Below, in pieces: positions 1-8,994 of a stretch of DNA of 32,544 bases. The notes under the pieces were generated by a model, which made no database searches, was not told the DNA's origin, and saw nothing but the letters and a program-made list of their open reading frames with translations. How positions within the stretch are numbered: the first letter of the stretch is position 1; each line of letters opens with the position of its first letter. The position numbers and the translations under genes are program-made. The stretch comes from Terrimicrobiaceae bacterium (GTDB lineage Bacteria; Verrucomicrobiota; Verrucomicrobiia; Chthoniobacterales; Terrimicrobiaceae): positions 1 through 32,544 of the forward strand of contig JBGSVZ010000071.1 of the NCBI GenBank assembly GCA_041752695.1. The letters run 5' to 3'.

Positions 1-133
1 CAGAAATGCCGTTCTTTTTTGCCTTCCCATCAAAGGAATGGTTTTTCGATATCCGAAAAACCAGGGTCGTGGCGGGGCTGCTGGCCCCTTAACGTTATGA
101 ATAAGCGTTGTCACTTAGCAGCTACCTTCAACA
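1..133. mobile_element. Probable terminus of an insertion sequence (IS481/IS21-like TGT..ACA end) abutting the truncated cassette A gene
   Basis: Cassette A homology starts abruptly near 144, with an in-frame TAA at 102-104. The segment carries hairpins TGGTTTTTCG-N5-CGAAAAACCA (39-63) and GGGGC-N5-GCCCC (74-88). It ends TGTCACTTAGCAGCTACCTTCAACA (109-133), whose reverse complement begins TGT. No transposase is visible, so the family and the exact end (133 or 141) are tentative. Confidence 0.4.
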
Positions 134-3100
134 CCGTTGCACCGCCTACAAGCTCTACTCGTCGGATGTGATGGTCAAATCCAACTACGCCAAGGTCGAT
201 ATGGATGCCGAGGTCACCGCGATGCAAAGCTGGAACGCGGGCGCAACGAGCACTTCGTTCAACGCACTCTACGCCGACCTCAACTCTCCTGCGGTGGTCA
301 AAAGACCGGACCCGGCAGACCCCATCAAAGTCATCACGACCCCGATCTTCCCCATCGCGGATCCAGCGGCTATCGGTGCGGTCGAAGGGTTCTCGGCCAA
401 CGTCACGGTCGCCGGCACGACCCTCTCGGGTAGCGGAACAGACCGCCGCCTCCCGATGCCAGCGAAGTGGATCTATGTGCTTAAGGACGGACAGCTCACT
501 TCGCCCAGCTCCGGCGATTCTAAAACGGTCACGTTCACCGGAACCCCAGTTCCCTCCCAGAACAATCCTATCGTCGGCCGCATTGCCTTCTGGGCTGATG
601 ATGACACGTGCAAGCTTAATATTAATACCGCCAGCGAGGGTACGTTCTGGGATACCCCGAAAGCGAACACAATTCTCGAGCAGCGACTGGCCATCGCGGC
701 CCCAGTGTCCGGCGAGTTCTCAAGAATGTCCGGACATCCCTCGATGACATCCCTTTCAGCCGCCTTCGGCAGCCTAATGCCTGTCTCGCCCCCTTACTTT
801 CTGAACTCGTTTTCAACATTTAATACGGGTGTCGCGGACAATCGGGACGACCAGTATCAAGAAACACTCAACTACTTCAATCTCACTCCTCGCATCAACG
901 GAGCTCTCAGCGATAATGGTTCGCGCCGCGGACTCCGACAGACGACTGCAATAGAGAACACCAGCTACCTCCTCGATTCGTCCCGCCCGGAATACCTTGG
1001 CAAGACGCCTTCTGGCGGAGTGAATCCAAACCCCGTCTGGAGAATTAGCGACCTCGTGGCGGGACCAGCCCAGGGAGCACCGCTCGTTCCCGACACGCAA
1101 AGACTGTACGCGACAGCAGACGAAGTCCTATTCGCGGAAGACAGGAGCATGAATATTCTCGCTCCGGATCCCGCTTCGGCATCGCAGAACATCGCCTCAA
1201 AAATCCCGTCCCTCGCGTCGGAGGTTGCGCGGCGAAATTTCTTCCTGACGGCCAATAGTCGCTCGCCGGAAACAACGTTGCTCGGCACGCCGCGGGTTGC
1301 GCTTTGGCCCATTAATTCGGAAACCGGCAACCAGACGGTGAAAGACAGGTTGATACGCAACTGCAGCCAGATCAATGGCCAACCATACTACTTTGACCGC
1401 TTCGTTGGTGCCGGTTATAATTCAGGCCAGCAGGGGGCGACTGATCCCACGGGAGATGTTTCACGAACCCGAAATGCCCAGCTTCTGACCTACCTGCGAA
1501 ATCTCACGTCTGCCGCGACACCGGGTGAGGGAACCTCATTCGCGACCAAGTGGGGGAGCGGCGTGAACAATATCCTCGCACAGACTTTTGACATCATTCG
1601 GACAACAAACATTGACTACGTAGACTATGGAAACTCCACCGGCGGCTACGTCACCTATCGCTATGGAGCCTATCCGTCGAACCCATCCGGCGTGATTTCT
1701 CGCACCGACGCCAATCGCCTGGAGTATCTTGGCAGCCCCCGGGGCTATGTCGTACCTGCTGAGATTTCAGCCGCCGCAAAAGGTGCCGGCCGGTTTACGA
1801 CGATAGGATCGGCTGCCATCGTGATTATGGCAACGGAGGTTGAAAACACTCTCGCGTCCGGGAACATCACCTGCAACGGCACATTCTATCAGGATTCAAC
1901 CGGTTCCGGCACGATCAGCTACAGTGGAACACTGACAGATGGCATCGAAATCTCCAACGGCGTTTACGTAACTTACAAGGTCGATCCGAGCCGTCCCACA
2001 AGCAAATTTACTCCTCCTCTCCCGGGCGGAACGACACAACTCGTCTGGAGGGGAGGGCAGAGCCCGGCCCCGGTGGTCAGTGTGCCAAGTATTATTAGTC
2101 AGAAAACCAACAAGATCCGCGCATTCCTGGCATTTCAGCCGTATAATCCGACCCCCGGAGGTGCGGGCTTTGCCAGTGGTGGACAACTGACGGTCAGCGG
2201 CTTTCAGTCCTTGAGCCTTAATGGGACGCCTTTTGGCGGCGGGGATGGAACATCAAGATTTGGAACGATGTCCAATCCGCGGTACTGGGCGGATGACACA
2301 CGTTCTTTGAATAACCCGATCTCCTTCATGCTCTTTCCCGGTATCCTTGTTGCAGCTACGGATTCGAGAGACAGTGCCTTTGCCAAGTGGCCACGGGGAA
2401 ACTGGCCGGAATGGGGGGCATCGAATCCGAATGGATGGACCGCGAATATGGATACCGTCTATCCTTTTGTGTCCGACGAGATCGACGTTTCCGGCGCGAC
2501 GTCGCTTGGCTTTTCCGGGGGGACGATCAACGTGACCCTGGGGACATGGACAAACAACACAGCTGTTCAAACGTTCAGTATCCAGTTTGATCAGGCGTCA
2601 GGCATGCCGGTTCCCCAGCACATGACGTTGAGTGGTCAGAACTTCGCGAACGGCCAGCCGGCGACACCCCCGAACAGCACGTGGTGGAGAGACGGCCGCC
2701 TAGGGGAAGCCACCAGCCCAAGTCGTGCCGGAGATTCGCTTTATCTGCCCAAGCGGTTTCGCATGAACTATGACAACATTGCTGCAAATTATTTTGTTAG
2801 CACGGGTGATATTGTGCTAGGGGTGCAGCCAACGAGGCAAGATCCGGTCCGTGGGGACCTCAGGTTGATTGCGCTCACAAAAAATGTTGGGACAAGCTAT
2901 TTCGAAAAAATCCCGGGCTACGGCACTGTCTCGTCGCCATTTCTCGGCAGTTCTCCTCTAAGAGCCACGGACGCCACGGGGCGCTATGCGCACTCATTCC
3001 GCAACGAGACAAAGAATATCGCGCGATATGGGACAGTTGCGATGTATGTCGGAACTCAGTCTACATCCGGCAGTCGTACGGTGGGTTTGATGTCGCTTTC

Positions 3101-4244
3101 CGGCCTCGGCCAAGGTGCAAAGCTTGTCTCTGGAGTCACCTTCGCCAACGACGCCGTTCCCGTCGCCTCCGTTGCGCTGACTGAGGCTAATCTGTCTTCC
3201 AACACGCTCGGGGATGCTGGAGGGGCCACAGGTCCGTTTAAGGACGGTGCGATTTTGCCGCGGGTCGAGTCGGTTTTCGCCAACGCGTCGTTTGGAGGAT
3301 TTTTCGATCGGGCAGGGGTGGGAAACCCGGACGGCTCCATGTTCGAGCCAAATCGAATGGTCCCGTCGGCGGGACTGCTTGGGAGCATGGTGACCCCGGA
3401 CTCGACCGGAACGCTCCAAGGCTGGCGCTCGCTACTCTTCACTTCGGCCCCGGCGGGAGGCAGTGGCCATCCGGGGTTCAACCAACCCGCGGATCATTTC
3501 TACCTCGATAACTTTTGGATGCCCATCATTGAACCTTATGCAATCAGTGACCAGCTCTCGACGGCGGGCAAAGTCAATCTTAACAGTCAGGTCCTTCCTT
3601 TCACTCATATCACCCGGACGACCGCTCTTCGGGGAGCCCTAAAGCCTCTTATGTTGAGTGCGGTCCCGGATACCGCAGCGGGACTCGCAAACGCGAACTA
3701 CAAATCCGGGTCTTATCAAGAACCCATGGTCGCAAACATCAGGTATCCGCTAAACCTCGACGAAACGGTCACGGGGCATCTCGAGAAATTCAATGCCACG
3801 ACAGATTTTCCATTCTACCGGAGTGCAACGGAGGTTTCAACGATCCGGCTGGTTCCCGATGATCCGACGGCATCTCCAGCCCCGACCGCTTCAAACATCG
3901 CGAGTTGGTGGTCCTCGCGGCAGGTGACTTCCGACACTCTGCGAGAGCAGCCCTACACCGCATTGCTCTCCCGTGTGACGACGAAATCCAATACGTTCAC
4001 CGTTCACTACCGTGTTCAGGCTTTGCGTCAAAGCCCGGGGGCCGGCAGGAATTGGGCCGAGTGGGTTGAGGGGCAAGATCAGATTGTCGGCGAATTCCGC
4101 GGCGCCACAACGATCGAACGGTTCCTCGACCCCAACGCACCAAATATCCCTGACTACGCGCAGGTGAATCTTTCCGGTACCTATGATCCGATCGACAAAT
4201 GGTATCGGTGGCGGGTGTTGTCGCAGAATCAGTTTGCGCCATGA
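108..4244 (+). pseudogene. Verru_Chthon cassette protein A (TIGR02600-like), 5'-truncated; remaining ~1370 codons intact
   Basis: Family motifs present: AYKLYSSD, LPMPAKWIYVLKDG, NPIVGRIAFWADDDTCKLNINTASEGTFWDTP, PNRMVPSAG, GKVNLN, RVTTKSNTFTVHYRVQAL, GEFRGATTIERFLDPN. The expected N-terminal hydrophobic PilX-like segment is absent. The TTG start directly follows an in-frame stop. Confidence 0.85.
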
Positions 4245-4864
4245 GAATTGACACTTTCCGTTTTCCGATTTCCGGTTCCAGCCGGGCGGCAATTCGGCTG
4301 TTCTCCGCCTTTTCTCTCATCGAGCTTTTGGTCGTAATCTCGATCATTATCATTTTGACGGTGGTCACGCTGCCCTCGATGCGGAGCATATCGAGCGGGA
4401 CCAATCTGACTGGTGCCTCGGAAGACATGGCCGCGGTCGTGAATCTCGCTTGCCAGCGTGCGCGCACATTCAACCGACAGGTTGCCATCCGATTTTTCCG
4501 CGAGAATTCATCAGCGCCATTCACCAGTTACCAGCTCTGGGAGCAGAAGGATTCCGCTTATCCAGCGTCGTGGACAAGCATCGAGCGGGTCCGTCGCTTT
4601 CCGCTAGGGGTCGTTGTCACCAACAGCAGTACGTACTCACCGATTCTTGAGGTCACCACGTACCAGGGGACGACAAACGGCCAGAGCTACACCGACATTC
4701 TTTTCCTTCCTTCCGGGAGCGTTGTCGCCCAAACCAACGCTACTGTGACACTGGTGCAGGAGGCTGGTCCGCTGAAGGACGGAACAGTTAGTGGACTCCC
4801 TCCGAATTTTGCAACTATCGCGATCGAGCCGGTGAACGCGAGGCCAATGATCTACCGTCCATGA
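4241..4864 (+). CDS. Verru_Chthon cassette protein D (TIGR02596-like), prepilin-type N-terminal cleavage/methylation protein
   Basis: Pilin leader A|FSLIELLVVISIIIIL with E5, then ARTFNRQVAIRFF, FLPSGS and C-terminal PPNFATIAIEPVNARPMIYRP. The ATG at 4241 overlaps the cassette A stop (ATGA). Confidence 0.9.
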   Translation: MRIDTFRFPISGSSRAAIRLFSAFSLIELLVVISIIIILTVVTLPSMRSISSGTNLTGASEDMAAVVNLACQRARTFNRQVAIRFFRENSSAPFTSYQLWEQKDSAYPASWTSIERVRRFPLGVVVTNSSTYSPILEVTTYQGTTNGQSYTDILFLPSGSVVAQTNATVTLVQEAGPLKDGTVSGLPPNFATIAIEPVNARPMIYRP

Positions 4865-6939
4865 ACATGCCTCGTCGGCCTCTTGGAACGGCGGGGATGC
4901 TTCTCTTTCCCCTGTTCTGCTACGGGCAGGGGCTTTTTCTTCTCCTGCTTCTGGTTCTGCCTGCCGCAGCCCTGGACCCATCACAACTCCGCCGGGGCAG
5001 CTATGCGGCCTTCGTTTTTGCCACTGAGATACTCGACACGGACGGAGTGGCGGTCCGCACAAGTGCCGAAGGCGAGGTTGTCCGTATTCGAAAAATCGAG
5101 ACGGGCACGGCGGAGGTTTCCTCCGGCCGTCCGGAGCTTGCCGGTGGGTTGGTTCCTCTTTCGGTGCTGAGGGTTTCATCCTCGGAGGCGAACGAGGCTT
5201 GGATTTCCCAAGGAGCTCGGGAGGCCGGGCTGGTGGATCAGCATCTGGTGAGTCTGAAGGCGGAGCCGTCGGTGAGGGACGAAGCCGCGCTCGAAGCCGC
5301 CGAGGCCAAAATCCATTTCGTCCCAACCGCGGCATCGGCCAACGCAGTCAAGGCAGTATCAATCCGCGAACCGGTCATCGGGTGGTTTGCCCCCGGCGGA
5401 GGGACCGAACTGGTCTGCTTGCTGACAGCTCCCGACGGGGGCCTCATCTTGGCAGGCTCTGCGCGTCCGCCATTTCATATGCCGGGGGCCAGGGCCTGGT
5501 CGGGCGAACTACCGACTGTCGACACTCCCAACACCGCCGCGATGCCGTTCATTGCTCGGTTCGCGTCAGATTTCAAATCCCTCGATCTGGTCGTCTTCCG
5601 GCATGACGAACTTGCCGGGATCAAATCCCTCGAGGTCGGTGTCGATGGATCCATCTGGGCCATCGCGAGCAGACCCGGAGAGTCCCTGGCAGGGCCGGAC
5701 GCGGAAAAAACGTCGACGGCTCTTCTTCGTTTTTCTCCCGACCTCCGCGCGGTGACCCGGTCCATGGCTCTCGTCACGGAAGTTGGCGCTCTTCGTTTCG
5801 ACCCGCAAGGCCGTCCGGTTTGCCTGACACTGCCTCCGAAGCGCTCCGGTGATGGGTTGCTCACCAGGTACTTTTCCGAGGGTCGATTCGAGCGCATGTG
5901 GCCGGAGGCACCGGATGGTCCGACGCGTCGTCTCAAGCTCGACTTTTCGTCGCCTTCCCTGGCTAGCGGGCCGTTTGCGCTCTGGGCCGGAAAGGAGGAT
6001 GTATATCCAGATTTCCCAACTCCGATCGGGGATTGGGGAGCCGGATCCAATGCGGGGAAGCCGATGGTCTGGACCAATGTGAAAGATGGCCGAAATCCGA
6101 TCCGCGAGGCAGACCTGAAGCCTGAGGCACTTGCGATTGACAAAATGGGGAACGCTGTGGTGGCCGGCACAATTCCGTTTTTGATGCCTTTACCCGATTT
6201 CGATCCGTTTCTCATGAGTTTTTCGCCGGAGGGAAAATTGCGTTGGACGAACTGTTTTCTCACCGGGCTTTTGAGTGAACCGGATCAGAAGACCCAGGCG
6301 CTTGCGATTGATCCTTCGAATGGCGACATTCTCGTGTGCTACTGGCAACACGGAAATAATCGGCAGACGCTGCTTCTGGATCCAAGCGGCTGGCTGAACA
6401 AGTTTACGGGGACTAATGGAAACATCAAAATCACGTGGATTGGCCGGGTGGATGCGGAATCCGGGAGGCTGAAAAATTCCACCTATATCTATTCGAGAAT
6501 GCCCAGCCCCAAGAATCGGGGGTGGCCGGATCTGAACAGTGTCACGGCGAATGCGATGACCGTGGATACCGAGGGTCGCGTCTACGTGGGTGGTGGCACA
6601 ACCATCGCTTTTCCCACGACAAGTAATGCCTTTCTTCCCTATGTCTCGGAATATGGAGGGCATCCGTTTTTTGTTGTTCTCAAACCGGATCTGAGCGGAC
6701 CCGTTTATAGCACCTACCTTAGTCCCGGCCAGGGGGATGTTGATCATCTTTCCATTCTTGGGAACAGCGCGGCCGTGCTGGCCGGAAGCCACCAGACGGA
6801 GGGAGTTTCCCTGCCGGTCATCAACACGGAGGGCTTTCCGTTTTTATCGAACACCCCGCCCGCGGGCCAAAAGCAGGCCGTCTTCCTGGCCGTGCTCCCT
6901 GTTCCAAATGAGGATGTTTCCTGGGAATTTGGCGAGTAA
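4861..6939 (+). CDS. Secreted beta-propeller protein with SBBP-like repeats
   Basis: Hydrophobic signal segment ending LPAAA. Blade motifs ALAIDKMGNAVVAG, VDTEGRVYVGGGTTIAFPTTSNAF and LKPDLSGPVYSTYL. ATGA-coupled to cassette D. Paralog of 11236..12819. Confidence 0.75.
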   Translation: MNMPRRPLGTAGMLLFPLFCYGQGLFLLLLLVLPAAALDPSQLRRGSYAAFVFATEILDTDGVAVRTSAEGEVVRIRKIETGTAEVSSGRPELAGGLVPLSVLRVSSSEANEAWISQGAREAGLVDQHLVSLKAEPSVRDEAALEAAEAKIHFVPTAASANAVKAVSIREPVIGWFAPGGGTELVCLLTAPDGGLILAGSARPPFHMPGARAWSGELPTVDTPNTAAMPFIARFASDFKSLDLVVFRHDELAGIKSLEVGVDGSIWAIASRPGESLAGPDAEKTSTALLRFSPDLRAVTRSMALVTEVGALRFDPQGRPVCLTLPPKRSGDGLLTRYFSEGRFERMWPEAPDGPTRRLKLDFSSPSLASGPFALWAGKEDVYPDFPTPIGDWGAGSNAGKPMVWTNVKDGRNPIREADLKPEALAIDKMGNAVVAGTIPFLMPLPDFDPFLMSFSPEGKLRWTNCFLTGLLSEPDQKTQALAIDPSNGDILVCYWQHGNNRQTLLLDPSGWLNKFTGTNGNIKITWIGRVDAESGRLKNSTYIYSRMPSPKNRGWPDLNSVTANAMTVDTEGRVYVGGGTTIAFPTTSNAFLPYVSEYGGHPFFVVLKPDLSGPVYSTYLSPGQGDVDHLSILGNSAAVLAGSHQTEGVSLPVINTEGFPFLSNTPPAGQKQAVFLAVLPVPNEDVSWEFGE

Positions 6940-6958
6940 CTTTCGGCTAACCCTGCAT

Positions 6959-7020
6959 CGCAAAGATTGATGTCGTCGGACGCCATTCAGCCTTCAACGG
7001 GTGTTTCCCAGTATTAACAT
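6959..7020 (+). promoter_or_regulatory. Direct-repeat operator plus sigma70-like promoter of the FHA/FG-GAP/propeller operon
   Basis: CGCAAA(6959)-N16-CGCCAT(6981); -35 TTCAAC at 6993, 16-bp spacer, -10 TAACAT at 7015. Geometry is identical to the promoter at 12917. Confidence 0.55.
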
Positions 7021-7053
7021 CGAAGAGATTGGCGGAAACTGAATTTTCTCCTC

Positions 7054-8994
7054 ATGGTCGAAAAGTGGACGCTTCGTTGGAAATCGCATGGATGGATCCC
7101 CCGTGTCCGATGGTTGCGGCCGGGTTCCTATGTGCTTGGCCGGGGCAAGGATTGCGCTGTCCGGATCGACGTGCCCTCGGTTTCCTCCGCGCATGCCCGG
7201 CTGGATATCACGCCTGAAGAATGTTGGCTTTTCGACCTGGGATCGACCAATGGAACAAAGCACAGGGGGCTCGCGGTTGAGGCGGTACGGCTTTCCGAGA
7301 CCGATGTCTTTCGATTGGGAGAAATCGAATTTTCTCTGCGGCCGACCCTCAATCTCCGGCAGTTCTATTTCGAGCAAAAATTCAGCCTTGTCTCGATTGC
7401 AATTCATGCCGCACTAATTGTTCTGCTTGCACGAGGGACGTTGTTTCCCAAAATTCCCAAGCAAGCGGACTTCGAAGCAGATTCTTCATCGGGTGGATTT
7501 CTTCAAGATCCGGGGCCGAAAAGCGAACCGCCCGGCGGGGAGGCTGCGGCCGGTGTCGCGATGCCGGACATCCTACAACTGGCTGTTCCAGCGCCCTCCG
7601 CGGCGTTATCGATGTTGACGACCACGGCTCCGTCGGCCCTGAACCTTGCCGTTCCGGTGCCCGTCGCTGCAAGTGCGCCAAAATTGGCGGCAGCTTCGGG
7701 CGGACTGAGCGGAGGGGGAGGAGGTGCCTCGTATCGTTCGGCGGGGCTGGGCAAGGGATCCGGCATTGGAAAGGGCGTGGGAGAATGGGTCGGAGGTGGG
7801 GCGGGTGGCATTGGGATCTCCGGGCGGGGAAAGACCCTGAAGACCATCAACGAGTTCTCGGTTTATTTTGTCATTCATTCCGGGGATTGGTATGCCGCGC
7901 TCGACACGCGCCTGGCTCCCGACGGTCGGCAAAAAGAAGAGTCGCCACCGGGATTGGCGGACGAAAAGTACATCGATTGGCTAAATTGGAAGCCGGTGCC
8001 GAATACCGGACCGTTCGTGAATTATTGGTGGGGGATCCGGGATGTGCGGGGCGGCGAAGACAACCGTCAGAAACTTGTCGAGTTCACACCGGGAGCGATG
8101 GGAAACCTTCTGCGCTTTGTCCGCCAAGCCTCGGCGGGTGCGATCAAAGGTGCCGCCAAGCCCTCAGCCGTTGTTCTCGACAAGGCCCTTGTTCCCTACA
8201 GCTATAACTCACTTGCGAAACAATCCGAGTGGAATGCCGAGGGGCGGGAAAAATTCCGGGAGACTCTGCGCAAGGGACTTCCTGCCTTTGATAGCATCTA
8301 CGGGACGTCCTTTGGGTACATCTGGAATCCAAAGCCCGAAGATCGTGCGCACCCGGACTTTACGGTCGAATACCTCCTCGATGTGAAGCCGATGCCGCCA
8401 TTTATCTATTTCACCGGCAACGATGATTTTGTGCTCTCCGAGACCGAGGTGGACACGCTGTATCAGTATATCCTTCGGGGAGGGGCGATTTGGGGGGACT
8501 CCGGCTTTGCCGGAGACCGCTCAAAATTCAATACAGCGTTCAAGCGGGAAATGAAGCGGGTGATCCCGGATGTGGACAAGCCGTTTCGGGCACTCAAAAA
8601 GGAAAATGACCTTTTTCTGGCAGGTCCCGACGCCTATTTTGACAAATCGAACGGCTTTGATCGTCTGCCCCATGGAATGCAGTTTTATGATGCCCCGATC
8701 GAGACGATTGAAGTGCTCCCCGGGGTGGTTTCCGTGGTCCTGACCAAAAATGCCTACGGAAATTTTCTTCGGTTCGAAACGACTGTCATCAACAACCGGT
8801 TCCAGATCGGCGGCGACATCGGCCGTGGGCAATGGGCTAGCACCATGTGGAAGTTTCGCGAAAAATATTTCCGCGGGCTCAATGAGCCGGCGATTATTGA
8901 TAGCTACAAACTGGGCTCCAACGTCCTCGTTTACATGCTGGGTCGCTGGCCGGCTATGCTCAACCGCCCGGAAAACAAGGGGATGTTGCAATGA
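7054..8994 (+). CDS. FHA domain - transmembrane helix - Pro/Ala/Gly linker - DUF4159-like domain protein
   Basis: FHA motifs LGRG, SVSSAHA and DLGSTNGT. TM segment FSLVSIAIHAALIVLLA. Gly-rich linker. DUF4159-like PFIYFTG..F.LS..EV..L.QYI.RGGAIWGDS and F..AFKREMKRVIPD. Confidence 0.8.
   Translation: MVEKWTLRWKSHGWIPRVRWLRPGSYVLGRGKDCAVRIDVPSVSSAHARLDITPEECWLFDLGSTNGTKHRGLAVEAVRLSETDVFRLGEIEFSLRPTLNLRQFYFEQKFSLVSIAIHAALIVLLARGTLFPKIPKQADFEADSSSGGFLQDPGPKSEPPGGEAAAGVAMPDILQLAVPAPSAALSMLTTTAPSALNLAVPVPVAASAPKLAAASGGLSGGGGGASYRSAGLGKGSGIGKGVGEWVGGGAGGIGISGRGKTLKTINEFSVYFVIHSGDWYAALDTRLAPDGRQKEESPPGLADEKYIDWLNWKPVPNTGPFVNYWWGIRDVRGGEDNRQKLVEFTPGAMGNLLRFVRQASAGAIKGAAKPSAVVLDKALVPYSYNSLAKQSEWNAEGREKFRETLRKGLPAFDSIYGTSFGYIWNPKPEDRAHPDFTVEYLLDVKPMPPFIYFTGNDDFVLSETEVDTLYQYILRGGAIWGDSGFAGDRSKFNTAFKREMKRVIPDVDKPFRALKKENDLFLAGPDAYFDKSNGFDRLPHGMQFYDAPIETIEVLPGVVSVVLTKNAYGNFLRFETTVINNRFQIGGDIGRGQWASTMWKFREKYFRGLNEPAIIDSYKLGSNVLVYMLGRWPAMLNRPENKGMLQ

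Noticed and set aside
7690..7830. G-rich repetitive DNA
   Set aside because: It encodes the Gly-rich linker of the FHA protein and is not a separate repeat element.
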